Shown piece after piece: positions 38,574 to 51,540 of a DNA stretch of 64,000 nt. A program made the translations under genes and the position numbers. The first letter of the stretch is position 1; each line of letters opens with the position of its first letter. The notes beneath the pieces are model-generated. The model saw only the letters and a program-made list of their open reading frames with translations, did no database searches and had not been told where the DNA came from. The DNA is from Botryllus schlosseri (taxonomy: Eukaryota): contig CM119372.1 of assembly GCA_051294905.1 (NCBI GenBank), positions 248,001-312,000 of the forward strand, written 5' to 3'.

Positions 38574-39180
38574 CGTCTTATAGGCTATTAAACCTGCATT
38601 AAGATTGATAATAAGAATTCATCATCATGTACCTACCTGTATAAACACACCAATCCATATAGTTGGTTGACGGTCAAGTGACTGCACATTTCGAAAAGTG
38701 AGTAGTTCTAGTTACGGATTTTGAACAGTGAGTAATTCTAATTCTATAGTCGTGGATTTTGAAAACCAATTAACACTTGCTCTAGTTGCAAATTTGAAGA
38801 GTAGAGTATTTTTAGATCTATTTGTTGGTTTTCAAAAACAAGTAGGCCTAGTTGCAGATTTTGAACAGTGAGTATATAGTTTTAAATCTAGTTCTAGTGC
38901 ATTTGTAAAATTAATTTAGTTGTCGAAGAACTAGAAAACACGTGTTGTCGTTTGACGGCAATCGTGATACCGGTGTTCTGTTGTGTGATGTTATTCTTGC
39001 AGCCATTGCTAGCTCAGAGTCATCACTACTAACAGTGGCGTAGCCAGGGGGTCGTAACACCTATCAGCTAACACTCTAAACCCCGTCATTTTTAAATGCA
39101 GATTCTATATCTCTAACATTTCTCAACTCATCAATTGCAATTTAATTCAGTGATTCGTATTATCAGTTGGTAGTTAGTTG

Positions 39181-39803
39181 GGCGCTTCTTCGATATACGC
39201 CCCAGATCGAAACAGTGTTCCTCATAACACCAACAAATGCTTCCCACAACACACCACAATAAAATTTATAAACGTCAAAATAAATAGTTTTTTTTTGCGT
39301 TTGGAGTCGTATATTAGGGTTGCGAGGGGGGATATTAGGGTTGAAGGAGAGGGGGTATTAGGGTTGGAGGAGAGGGGCCGGGTATTAGGGTTGGATGACA
39401 GGGGTATCAGGGTTTTGGAGGTGGGTTAGGGTATCCCAAGATTAGGGTTGGGGTTAGGGACGCGATATCTAACCCTAATATTCCTCAACCCTATTCTTGG
39501 GATACCCTAATCCCAAATTTGACCCTAACCCACCTCCAACCCTGATATCCGCTCTCCTCCAACCCTAACATCCCATCTCCTCCAACCCTAATATCCCCCT
39601 CCCCCAACCCTAATCTTGGGATACCCTAACCCCATATCCAACCCTAATATTTCCATTCCCCCAACCCTGATATCCGTCTCTCCAAAGGCAAAAAAATTAT
39701 TTTGACGTTTATAAATTTTATCGTGTTCATGGGAAACATTCGTTGATAACATGGGGATCAGTGGATCACTGTTTCGATCTGGCGCGTATATCGAAGAAGC
39801 GCC
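39181..39803. mobile_element. GG-ended (Merlin-like) foldback MITE with TTAGGG-containing subrepeats
   Basis: TIR GGCGCTTCTTCGATATACGC..AGATCGAAACAGTG; exact 8-bp TSD GTTAGTTG; G-rich left arm and C-rich right arm. Confidence 0.85.
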
Positions 39804-39939
39804 GTTAGTTGTGTATCAGTTAGTTGGTCATGGGTTTTTAAAGGTCGTTAGTTCAATAGTTCTATAGTTGTGCACTTGAAAATTCAGTAGTTTGTAGAGG
39901 CCTGGATCGCGGGATAACTACAATAATATCCCACATACT

Positions 39940-40395
39940 CACTACAAAAAAAAATTAGACAAATTTGGTCTCAAATTTAAGAAATGAGGAGGATTTGGTC
40001 TCATTTTCAACAATTTCAGTCTCACTGATGGTCTCATTTTACCACCCACTCACCATAAATGCTATTTTCGACTCAGGCAACCATATATATATTGATCTGA
40101 ATAGTGCATGTGAGTAGTAAGTGGCATGTACCTTGATAACTATATCTAGTGAATATCTAGTAAACTCCATAGTACAGTATCATCCCAACACCGCAAATTC
40201 TGGTCTCTCTCATGCTTCCCCTTCGCTCAGACCCTAACATTGAAATGGATGCCCCCAAAGCACCCCTACTATTTTCGATCAGTTCCGGTATTACTTTTAA
40301 GACAGAAAGTACTTGGTAAGACTAATTTGTCTTTAAGACTTTTTCTGCTAAAAAATCGATTTGAGACCAAACTTGTCTAATTTTTTTTTGTAGTG
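39940..40395. mobile_element. CACTA/EnSpm-like MITE
   Basis: TIR CACTAC(A)nTTAGACAAATTTGGTCTCAAAT; GGTCTCA subrepeats; no clear TSD. Confidence 0.7.
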
Positions 40396-41141
40396 TACCG
40401 TACCGTACCGGTATGCATTGCTTAGAGCGCTATATTGCAGAACCGTTTTCCAAGATATTTCCACAGGTGACAAGATTAATTTCTATAGATAGCATTGACA
40501 ATGATGATTAAATCCTTTTTTTCAGCACGGAAAATACGGTATACAAGAGTAGAAACATTAAAAATAACAGTTCGAACTGACAGAACAAGATTACAATAGC
40601 TGCATAAATTTCAGACGTCAGCCGATACGCCTGATTAATATCGCCATTATTATGGCTCAAGCCAAGTCATCCGTGTGACATCGAAACCGGACAATCTGGA
40701 AACGGCATGTATTTTTGTCCTTGATGTCCTGGACATAGGGGAATATTAAATTCAATTTATTGCTAAAAATTTCATCATTTCAATACCTCGCAAGAGATTG
40801 CGATACAATGAAGGATAGGAAGGTGTCGAAACTGTATATATGCATTTTTTTCTGTACCACCATCGTTGCCGCCTGTTTTTCATGAATTTTAGCTGGAGAG
40901 AGAGAGATATGGTATTCTTTTTCGCCTGCACCATCGAGATGCTTTGACGACGGAGTTGCGATACGGCCCCATGAGGTCATCTAGTCTGCGCCCCCGTTTT
41001 TTTTCACCTCCATGCTATCCGTAATTGCTGAGCGCCTAGCTGGATAGCTGCGGATACCAATTTTCGAGTCTTTGGTATGACCCGGCCGGGGATCGAACCC
41101 ACGACCTAACGACCGAGAAGCCGGACGCATAACCATTACAC

Positions 41142-42794
41142 CATAGTGTCCTATGTGGTGTCGACACAAGCAAATCTGACGGTTCAATGAAATTGTATCA
41201 CGTCACAATTTCCATTTGGCTACAGGCAATTTGACGGTCATTTTTGACCGGCTTGCCGAGCAATAAATTTGATGAATCGGGTATCAATCGAAAGCTGACT
41301 CTGCACTGATTACGAAAATATAAATTTTATTCCACTCATGGCCCTGGAACCCCCACAATCAGCCCCAAATTATTCATTGTTAAGTAGATTGGCAGTGTGA
41401 CGCAACAATGCTGTCTGGCGAAACGAGAGAGTAACTCAAGAGCAAGGATGTGGCCGAGCAGCGAGAATGGGATCAGCTGTCGTCGCGGCAATAGCTATGT
41501 GCAATCGCGTCGCTGAGAAACGCTGCGCTGTTGATACTTTTTCTATTTGCTTCGGTACAAGCGAGCACGCCTTGTCAGCCTTTCCTTGACTTTTAACGGT
41601 AGAACTGGGTCCACAGAATGTGTTAGGGCCCTACCAATTTTCGCGCATTATCCTTCAACTGATAGAGATATTTAGGCTACGTCTAAATAGTCTACATTGG
41701 ATATGTCAGATTATTATGATATCGATTACCTTAGCCCGCTTGTTGCGTAGGGCTCCAGAGATGCGTGGCGCTGTTGATACTTTCTATAGGCGCTTCGCTA
41801 AAAGCGAGCACACATTACCAGCCTTTCCTTGATTTGTAAGGTAGAACTAGAAACTAAATTATCACCGAAGTGCGGCCTGTTCTACAGCCTTAGGCGCTTC
41901 ATGCCAGCATGGGTTCTTCTGATACTCTTTAAATCCTTAATCCAATCGAAGTTACACTATGGCATCCTCTGTTGGGGGGCTGTCAGTAAAACTGCACTCA
42001 AGCGACTGCAAAAACTACAACATAAAGTACTCCGAATCATAGCTAGCGCCCCAAAGGGGCCTGGCTGCCCATCCAACAAGTCGCTGCTGAAGAGATTCGG
42101 CGTCCTAAACATAGAAGATATGCGGAAAGTAGAAATCGCCAAGTTTATGTATCAGTTCCACTGCGGTCGTTGCCCCGAATATTTCAATGACTTCTTTACC
42201 TCGGAATCAAAAGCGCACAAGTACAACACACGCGCGTCCACGTCGTCCAAATATCATATGATCGACCAAAAAGATCATCGCTCTATCAAATATGCCGGAC
42301 CTGATGTGTGGAACAGTATCCCGCCGGCCATCCGACAGTCGACGAGCATGTCCACTTTCAAGTCGAAATACAAGCAATTACTACTAAATAAATACAGCCC
42401 ATCCTCAAGATTACCGGACCACGACTGACCTATCGATCTCGCTTCCCATGACATGCCGCCCTATTTATTGTCGCTTTCTTTTCTATACTATCTTCTTTAC
42501 TTTCATTCAGTGTGCATGCCTCCTCTTTACATCGCCTAGGCCAAGGTGGGTGTCAGATTCCATAGACTGCTCCTTGTCGCTTCCACACCTTCCTGTCTTT
42601 TCATTGTATCGCATTTTTTGTGGTGTATTGAACTGATAAAATTGCTAATAAACCAATGAATGAATGAATGAACTGGGTCCACAGAATGTATTTGGGACCT
42701 ACGAGTTTTTCTGCAATATCCTTCAACTTATAGAGATCCTTGGTTTCATTGAGCCGTGAGATTTGCTTGTGTCGACGCCATATGGGACACTATG
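41142..42794. mobile_element. P/Galileo-type non-autonomous element
   Basis: About 51-bp TIR CATAGTGTCC.AT.TGG.GTCGACACAAGCAAATCT; exact 7-bp TSD ATTACAC. Confidence 0.88.
41849..42669 (+). mobile_element. 5'-truncated CR1/L2-group LINE (ORF2 C-terminus to 42428, 3' UTR, (AATG)n tail)
   Basis: LFKSLIQSKLHYGILCWG, LQKLQHKVLRII, HKYNTR, YAGPDVWNSIP and FKSKYK are typical post-RT ORF2 motifs; TSD GAACT. Confidence 0.9.
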
Positions 42795-43399
42795 ATTACA
42801 CTATCTCGCTCGGATAAAAATAAAGAGTCTCTGTCTCTCTCTCTGAAAGAAAAACGGTATTTCGAGAGTTGAGCAGGAAAGTTGACCTTTTTTTAGTCAA
42901 CCAACCACAATTTCGTGGTAAATTTACCCTTTTTTCCGGATCTTACTCCAGTAATGTATGTAAGTGTAAGTATTCTACCGCAGGATATCGGAAAAAATCA
43001 AATGTCATAATGCGTTGTGAATTAAGACAACATCCACAAGCTTATTTGCTCTGATTACGTGAAATTCACACTGGTGCGAAAAAAGATATCGCCTAAAGTC
43101 TGGGAAATATATTTTACTGCATTTTACCAGCTTGGCAATTTATTTTCTCATTTCTCTTCTCGCTTCCCATGACATGCCGCCCTATTTCTTGTCACTTCCT
43201 TTTTCTATACTATCTTCTTTACTTTCATCCAGTGTGCACGCCTCCTCTTTACATCGCCTAGGCCAAGGTGGGTGTCTGATTCCATAGACGACTCCTAGTC
43301 GGTTCGACATCTTCCTTTCTTTTCATTGTATCGCATTTTTTGTGGTGTATTGAACTGATAAAATTGCTAATAAACCAATGATGATGATGATTTCTGGTC

Positions 43400-44903
43400 A
43401 CGGATTTCAGTGCTGAGTGCTGTATTTATATGCATTGCATTTATATGAATCGCCAGCACCTTGGTCACACCCAATTGGAAGAAAACTACGTGGAAGTGTA
43501 TCTTGTTGGCCAGTTACTCAATTCAAAAAGCTCTTGCCACCACTTATATGGCCTTTCCAAAGCTCCCTTCGGAAATTGTGAATGACTTGAGTAAGGACCA
43601 GTTATGTTTATAAATGTGCTGGGCAATTATTCAGGGAAATGCTGATGATGATCTGGCTTATTTGGAGGTTGGACCAGTTGTGCATTCAAGATGGCTAACT
43701 TTAGAATGCAGTGTAGAGTTTTACAGTATTATGTGACAGTTGATGAACCGCCTTTGAACCTGGAGATTCTGGTTCGTTTTTGCCTTGAAGTATATTTTCC
43801 GACTTGGTTTGAGATCAAGCGAAACAGACATATAACACATGGATCCAGAAACTTCTTCAACTTGATTCAACAGGTTTTGAATTTTTCTGACCGAAACGTT
43901 CGGAAAATTGCTTTGAATGTGGTGATAAGAAACGGTTATTTCGCACACCCCGAAAATATTATGATTGCAATGCTGGTAGATGATAATGAAGACATACGAA
44001 ATAAGGGTGTGACCAAGGTGCTTGCGTTTCGAAAACATGCCGCTGAACAAAATTCACTTATGGACATTGAGAGTCATAGCAGTCTCAACCAATTGAACTG
44101 GGGTCCTATTCGTTTATTCTGTGTCACAAAGTTGAACTTGGAAGCAAAGGCATACCACGAGTTGGTTGATATTGAACCTTATCAACAACTTCCTCCAGCG
44201 ATTGAGCACTTAACTGATGCAGAGTTGGAAGAATGCCGCGAGAAGCCTCTGATTTTGTTTCATCCATGCTACAATCAAACAGTGGAACGACATGTAAAGC
44301 TCGTAACAGAAGCATGAGCACAAGTTTCGGGATTTGAAAGACGAGATGGCCTCTCAATTGCCAAAGAATTAAGTCTCGTAAACTGATGAAAAAATTTGCC
44401 ACAAAAATGCATTTTCAATAAGTCGTTAAATGTGAGTTGTTTCATTATGATGTTTTGAACCGATTTTAAAAGGACTGTGTTGTGAATATATTTGTATTAT
44501 GGGCCCAATATTCGGTATTGTCAGTGTGTTACTTTTAGATTCAATAAAACTGATGACAGATCACAATTCGTCAGAATAAATGCTGAATTTCAACAAAAAT
44601 GTGCGTATATATTGTTTTTTGGCTATAACTCATTTTGTGTTCACAATAGAGAAAACTTTCTTCTTAAGACAGATAGAAACATGATGCTTCCGCAGATTTT
44701 TAGCTATATATCATGACTCTACGACCAGCGGTTGCCGAGATGGGCCATTTTACCCCCCCCCACGCGCAGAAATTGGGGGGTTGCCGGCTGGAAAATGGGG
44801 GTAATAACCTGAAGTCACTTTTTATTGAAGTTTTAGGTCATTTGTCAGGATTGAGGAAGCCCTGTTTTGATTTGAAAAAAAAAGTCATTTTCACTCCACC
44901 CTA
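43400..44903 (+). pseudogene. 5'-truncated remnant of a second divergent hAT transposase lineage, with its right terminus
   Basis: DLSKDQ, VGPVVHSRWLT, VYFPTWFEIK, RNGYFAHPENIMIAML and PCYNQTVERHVKLVTEA with stops and frameshifts; element end ...CCACCCTA at 44903. Confidence 0.85.
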
Positions 44904-45850
44904 ATATGCAATGTATATCACCATCGTTTTCCGCGGGGCGCTTTCAATGTGGTTCCAGCTTATCAGTGTCATATTCATTTTCCATATATTAGCAATTTCG
45001 TCATTCAAACTCTATAACAGGCCTTTACCAAGATGTAGAGTGTAGACGCTTGAAAAAATGCATCATTCTCACTTCAGACATGCTTGGAACAAGATGTGCG
45101 GTCATACCGAAGTCTCGAAATTTGCCATCGAAAATACTACAAATTGATCCCTGTTTGATGCTGGTGTGATCAGACTAGACGACCTTCACGGTCTTATCGA
45201 TCATTCCTATCTAATACCGAATACTGTGCATGCATATTTTCTATACCACAATCACTGCCGTTTGTTATGTATTTTGGTTGGATGAAAAATAATGACTCTT
45301 TCTCTCTCTCTCAAAAATGGTCGAAATTTAAATTCAAGATTGCACGTCCTTTTACTGGCCGGAATTAACTGAAATTTGGTGTGTAGCGTTTTTTATGCAA
45401 CCTGACAATTTTATCACCAAGCGAGTGAAATTTGGAAAAAAAAATTATTGACCATTCCTAATGTGCATGCTTCTTACATCGCCTGACTTCAAAGACGATC
45501 GCAAGACGTTCCCATACCTTCCTAATTGAAGAGCTTCTGGGAGGTACAGAACTTCAGTATACAATTCAATAGTATATTCATATTGAAATGAACCTTCCTA
45601 ATTGTACCGCTGCCTTGTGTGGTGTATTATCAGACGAAATTCCAATACACTAATTCCAAACTGAAGTAATGAACTGAAAGATGTCCACTACCCACCGATT
45701 TCCCTTCCCTCACAGATACCAGAAGTTTTGTTTAATAGCGACATTATCATGACCCCCGAAAAATCTTGCAACACAATATTGCGGAATGTCTGAGATAAAA
45801 TGCTCTGCGCGACGTCACAGTGTTTCCCGAGAACCCGGGTTAGTCTTCAC

Positions 45851-46314
45851 CAGGGCTGGACAACTAGAAAATTTACAGCTTTTCCAAATTAGATCAGTCA
45901 GAATGATAGCTACACAGCAGTCTCCAAATTAGACCAGAATTAGCATTATTATAACAACAACGTTCCTCTCCAAATTAGATTGCAATGATAGCTACACATT
46001 TGATTTAAATTCGACTAGAATTTGATATATGGCTACAGATTTTTCCAACATTAGATTAGAATTACTGAATTCATCAAAACTTGGAAAATTGCATAAATTC
46101 CGAATCAGAAAGAAATACAACAAAAATCAAGCCCACTTCATATCAAATGTCTGTGCAAAGAGCTTGGCTCGTTTTGCATGATACACTTCACCTTCAGTAT
46201 TCAGGAAAACGGGAAAGTAGATTAGAATTAAAAATGAGATTAGAATGACATTACGGGCGTTGCGGTCTAATCAGTATAATTACACAACTGGAATTATCTA
46301 GTTGTCCAAGTCTG
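45851..46314. mobile_element. hAT-type MITE with AATTAGA subrepeats
   Basis: Ends CAGGGCTGGACAACTAGA / TCTAGTTGTCCAAGTCTG; fragments at about 49560-49800, 51400-51520 and 55010-55140. Confidence 0.65.
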
Positions 46315-46479
46315 GTTTTCATCAAGGGCAAGTGAAAAAGCGCCCCCGTGAAGCACAATAGGCTGCAACGTTAAAAATAGGTGAGAGCAGCTTGCTGTCT
46401 AGCTTCGAAGGAGTTGGCCCAAGACTTTCATAAAACTCTTGAGGTAGTCGACACGACTAATAATCATCCGTCAAATATT

Positions 46480-46518
46480 CTAGGACTTGGACTTGTTTGA
46501 AATCCTTTTCTTCTTCGT
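46480..46518 (-). CDS. PDK: Pyruvate dehydrogenase kinase, probable last coding exon (11)
   Basis: Acceptor TTTTCTCGCAG|ACG, phase 0, TKKKRISNKSKS*. Supported by splice signals only. Confidence 0.55.
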   Translation of the reverse strand, partial: TKKKRISNKSKS

Positions 46519-47159
46519 CTGCGAGAAAACAAAGGCTGGCATTTTGCTACAAAATATTCATCTTTTCCATATTAGATGAAAACTAGAACGACAGAATTGG
46601 AAAAAACTTGGAAATTCAATACGATTTTGAATGAAAAGCTCTTATCGAATCAGAGCAGCGACGGTCACAGTATTCATCGTTGGCACTCGAGTAGAAGTAG
46701 AAGTAATGATTTACAAGTAAAAAAGAAAGTATTCCAGGCCTAGTGTTGCCAGAAAATCAGATCACTGTCAAGTAGAAGTAGAATAAAATCGCAACCCCTT
46801 GTGGAAGTAGTGCGAGTGCAAAATCTACTCAAGTACTTGGTGACCAGAGGTGTTCAAACAAGACACCGTCGGTATTCAAGTAGAAGTAATTATGTAAATT
46901 TCTACTCCAGTAGCACTATTTATTTCCAAGTCAGTAAAAAGTAAGTGTGGTAGGCTTAGCTCTGCCTCAAGTGAAAACCATAAAGCAGAAGTAGTCTCAA
47001 ATCATAACTACTTGAGCAAGTAGCACAAGTAGGCAAAATCTACTTCCCTTTCAAAAGTACTAGCCCTTTGTTACTGAACACGTCTGCCACTGAGTCTTAT
47101 TAGGCAACCAGAATTATGTGGTCCAATTGTGGTCTACAGTCAATGACTAAAATACGTAC

Positions 47160-47276
47160 TTGCGATGATGAACTAATGGGCGCCACCCAATCCCCAGAGA
47201 GATGGGGCCTTCGATACTGTTCCGTGGTAGTACTGTTGAAAACCGGGACCGTCTCAATGGCTTCATTTGATGGAGA
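47160..47276 (-). CDS. PDK: Pyruvate dehydrogenase kinase exon 10
   Basis: SPSNEAIETVPVFNSTTTEQYRRPHLSGDWVAP, with the conserved DW motif; CAG|...|GTACGT. Confidence 0.88.
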
Positions 47277-47553
47277 CTGTCAGAAAGAGTAGAATAACTC
47301 AACTGGAAGAAGGAAGGTACAGTAGGGCTGTTCAGAAATAACTTTTTTTCAAATGTTACTGGGCTGGGCTTGGGCTATATGATATAATTATTAGATTGCC
47401 GAAAAAACGCTGCGCACCAATTTTGGCTCAATTCCAACCTATATAGGCATTGCTATGTAAAAAAAAAGTTTTTAATTTATTCAAGAAACATGAATATAAG
47501 AATTCTATTATATATATCCAAAACATTTTTTCTTATATAGGGATCGTCTATAG

Positions 47554-49236
47554 CAGACCTGTGCAAAGTGCGGCCCGCGGAGCTATTCTGTGCGGCCCGC
47601 GAAAGGTTGCTTGGAATTCAAAACATAAAACTTGCTTTTTGAAAGACTCAAACCATAGGCTTTATCAACTGAACAGGAAATTCTTTTACTTTGAAGCCTG
47701 TTCATTAATACGCCATGATTACGCTGCCTATATACGTACCTCGCGTGCGTAATACAGATTCAAAATAAAGGTAATGTGACAAATTGTGAGTAGCAATTAA
47801 AGTCACAAGAAATCACTTTTTCTATATATATATATATATTCAAATCTTCTTTGTTGCCATTGTCACATTACTCATTCAAATTGTTACGCCATACGATTTC
47901 AAATCCCTAATTCGTGAAACAAGTCCATCAGTGCTCGCGATTACTATATGATTCACCATATCTATCACGCATAAAGGATGAACGGGCATGTAAAAAAAGA
48001 AAGCCGAAAACTGAATTCAAAGAAGGTTTAGAGCAGCGGTTCCCAACCTTTTCCGACTCATCGCCCCCTTATCATGCTCAACACAAGTTTTCGCCCACCT
48101 TATTTACGGATCCGATAAACAGGGCATATAAACTGGTAAATTATCGCTGGTGAATTGACTAAAAAAGAAAGTTCATTTTTTTTCCGAGAAGATGCTCCGA
48201 AAATCGGCTTCCGCGTCTATTTTCCATTGAGTTGACCTATTTTACCCTTTTTTTGTCAACTTCCGAATCATATGCAGAATTAGCCGTCTTCGCTTGCATT
48301 TTTGGCCGTGTTAATTAAATATATCCCACTGGACGTTCTAACATTTTCGCCCCCCGTCGCCCCCTTATGGTATCTCAAAATCGTTAGGAACCACTGGTTT
48401 AGAGCAACTAGTATTTGATACTGGAGTCAGGGGTGACCCAGTCCTTTTGGTTTTTGCCGAGCATCTCGCCGAGATTAAGGATTTTAATTGAAGTTGGTCT
48501 TATGAGGAAAACACGAAACATTCTGTCAGAGGAGGGCGAATTTCGCAAAAACTGCAAGCTTCGTTCAACATCAAGGCTATTTACGCTGCACACTGCTCCG
48601 AATGCAGTGACCAAGACATTAAGCATTGTACTATCGCATAAACATTTCAGTGCAGTGGTTCTCGAACTGGGGTGCGTGAAAGCATCTGAAGGGGGGCGCG
48701 AAGCCGAAGTTGACTGAAAAATTTTTTCGCGCTATGCGCGATTTCATCCCAGCTTATAGTTGTTACTCTGTGTATTGTCCGACTTTTATATTTCAGAATT
48801 CTCTCATCAACAGCCATAACCTTCCATGCCATCAAACTATCCGTTGGGATTGCCAGCATTCTGGTTGCGTTTTTTAATATTTTGTGATATCATGGTAAGG
48901 ACGCGCGAAATTTTTCACTATCGTACAAGGAGGCGTGCTTAAAGAAGTTTGAGAGCCACTGTTTTAGAGTCAGAATAGAAGAACGAGGATAGGGGTTTAA
49001 AGAGATTTAAATATGTACCAGTTTCAACATTGTTTCGGATCATGACGGCAAATAGATATACCGTCACTTTCTCATTACCTAACATCAACACATTCACTGA
49101 GCACCATTTAATAACAATGTAATCGAGAAATAAAATTAAAATACGCTGGGAATATAGCTAGAATTTTTCACTTGGCCCGCCAACGTATTTTCTACTTATG
49201 ATTTGGCCCGCGGAGGAAAATAATTGCCCACCCCTG
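47554..49236. mobile_element. Buster-type non-autonomous hAT in PDK intron 9, containing two nested MITEs
   Basis: Exact TSD GTCTATAG. Nested 48034-48396 (exact TSD GTTTAGAG) and 48653-48961. Confidence 0.82.
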
Positions 49237-49374
49237 GTCTATAGGTTGGAATTGAGCCAACATGGATGTGCAGCGTTTTCATTTAGGAAAACCTTACAAT
49301 TTCAACAAGTAGCCAGTCAAATTTTAAATAAAATAATTTTGAACGGCCCTCATGTACAGATCCGGTAAGCTTAC

Positions 49375-49488
49375 TCGCAGATAAATGTAGGTGTCTGTTC
49401 CGAAGCCGTCGATGGATTGAATCTCTAAGTCGCCGCCGAGATATCTGGCGTATAATCTCGAAAGGGGAAGACCGTACCCATAACCTGC
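49375..49488 (-). CDS. PDK: Pyruvate dehydrogenase kinase exon 9
   Basis: [38 protein letters not shown] (G2 box). Confidence 0.95.
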
Positions 49489-50318
49489 CTGGAAAGAGAT
49501 GGCATTTATCCCTCCGCTTTCAGATGCAACATAGATATCTAACCTAGCTAATGGACAGTTTTGGACAACGTGTCAGCTTTTCAAAATTAGATCATAATTA
49601 GAGTTAGCGAAGTCAAAAAATTGGAAATTCAATTGAATCCCCAATTAGAAAGAAATGCAACAAAAATTAATGAACTACAGAAAACTAATCTACAGATAGA
49701 AGCGAAATATGTGACCAGATTGGGATAGCAAAAGAAAAAGAAAAAAGAAAAAGAAAAAGTAATGTTATAGCTTGCGGGTCAAGCGCAAAATTTACCGTAT
49801 TTGAAGTGATCTTAAAGAAAGCTAGTGTCGCACTGATCGGGTCTGTGAATAAGTACCAGTGTTCTAAGACACAAGTCAAACCTACTTTTATAGTTTTGAC
49901 TCGAGTCAGGTCGAGTCATTTTCTGTATTTAAAAAAATGACGCAAGCCAACTTGAGGCAGTAGTGTATTGACTTGACTTGTGCTCTAGTCACGACTGACT
50001 AGAGACATTGCAACAACCCCTAAATTGCCATAAAAAGTTGAAAATTACTATTGTTTCCAACAGCGGGTTCCCGTAATACAATGACCTGCTTTGGCGTTCC
50101 CGTATTCGCATCAATCCGTAGATTAGTTATCAATAATCCGACGCCTCCCTCTATGTATGTGCTCAAGTTGTTTGAGTATTCTACTATGCAATTGGTATGA
50201 ATTAATGTAATGGTGCAAAACAGGAATTTTCATGGCTCCATTTTGCAAGCTACAAATTCCGTTTCAAGTTAATCGCAATTCGGATTGTTTGGTTAGGTTA
50301 GTCATCTGTATTAAGACG

Positions 50319-50863
50319 CAGGGTTGCAATGACTCGGGTCATGACTCGACTCGCGATTTTTTGGTGACTCGACTTGACTCGAGTCAGTTTCTTAAAAATG
50401 GAAAATGACTCGACTCGAGTAAATTTCTGTATCAACTCGTACTTGAGTCATTGCGCATGACTCGAGACTGGGTCTACCAAGACAGACATTCCATTGAAAT
50501 TTCGCAGAATAGTAATGTTATCACACTATTATTATTTCGTCTGTCAGTACTGGCACCTGAAAATGCTACCAGAAACTGTTGAAAGTGAGGAAATTAGTAT
50601 ATTGTGAATGTGAAGCATTCGATATCACCGAGCAGAGTTGTAAAGAGTTGGTTTCCCATGACATTAAGTCAAAATTTAACAGTCAACACAATAACTCGGA
50701 CTCGAGTCAAAACACTATGACTCGGACTCGACGCTCTACACTGGGACTTGGACTCGGACTTGACTCGGTGGTGAACTTAGAATGAGTCGACTAGACTCGA
50801 GTCAAAACTATAAAATTGAGATTGACTTGTGACTCGGAACCTTGTGACTTGGTTATAACCCTG
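50319..50863. mobile_element. GACTCGA-rich hAT MITE
   Basis: Ends CAGGGTTGCAA / TTATAACCCTG; relative of 3349-4059. Confidence 0.8.
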
Positions 50864-50882
50864 ATAAGAACCAATCTCTTAC

Positions 50883-51098
50883 CAGAGGGGCCACACGTGA
50901 CGCATCCCCCCTCGATGGTCGTGGGGCTGTACTGTAAAGATACTCGAACCAACGCTGTCGCTTCTCCCTGGAAGCCCCGCCCCCTCGGTCAGATACTTTT
51001 ATGCAACAGTCGTCGTGACCTTTCGTGACCAGGACGTCGATCGGGGGCACATCGCTTGCGTGGTCAGGGTGGAATTCCATGGTCGCCCGCATGGCATT
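50883..51098 (-). CDS. PDK: Pyruvate dehydrogenase kinase exon 8
   Basis: NAMRATME...IKVSDRGGG...FEYLYSTAPRP...APL (N and G1 boxes). Confidence 0.95.
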
Positions 51099-51540
51099 CT
51101 GAACAAATTTTGCAGAATGATAGCTAGTGTTTTTTCCAAATGATTCCAAGATTTACGTTACGTGATATCTACCCAAAACACCCAATCTTTGATTTCTTGT
51201 CGGTAGGGTTAAGCCCGCCTATGACAGCTTACGAACGAAGATCCTTTGGCTAAAACACCAGAACGTCTTGTTTACTAAATTCCTACCAACAATATATATA
51301 TCTACATGTCTTAAACTCTGAACAAGAAATTTGTTGGATTCATCGCCGAAACTCTATACTACGCTCTTACGGGCGTAGCTATTTGTTTCTCTCGCTATGC
51401 TGCAAAATGATAGCTACAGTTTTCTTCCGAATCATGATTCAATTCACAAAAACAGCAAGCTTGGCTCGTTTTGCACAATACAGTTCCCCTGTAACATTTT
51501 CAGAAAAGCAGAAATCTGACTAGCAGTAATCTCAACCGAC

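Larger units (their letters stand above)
40895..42812 (-). mobile_element. tRNA-derived SINE split by insertions (SINE parts 40895-41141 and 42802-42812)
   Basis: Close copy of 15079-15336; its head is interrupted at ATTACAC. Confidence 0.85.

Noticed and set aside
39310..39680. Telomere-telomere chromosome fusion scar
   Set aside because: The hexamers are not tandem, and the block is bounded by TIRs and a perfect 8-bp TSD, so it is a transposon.
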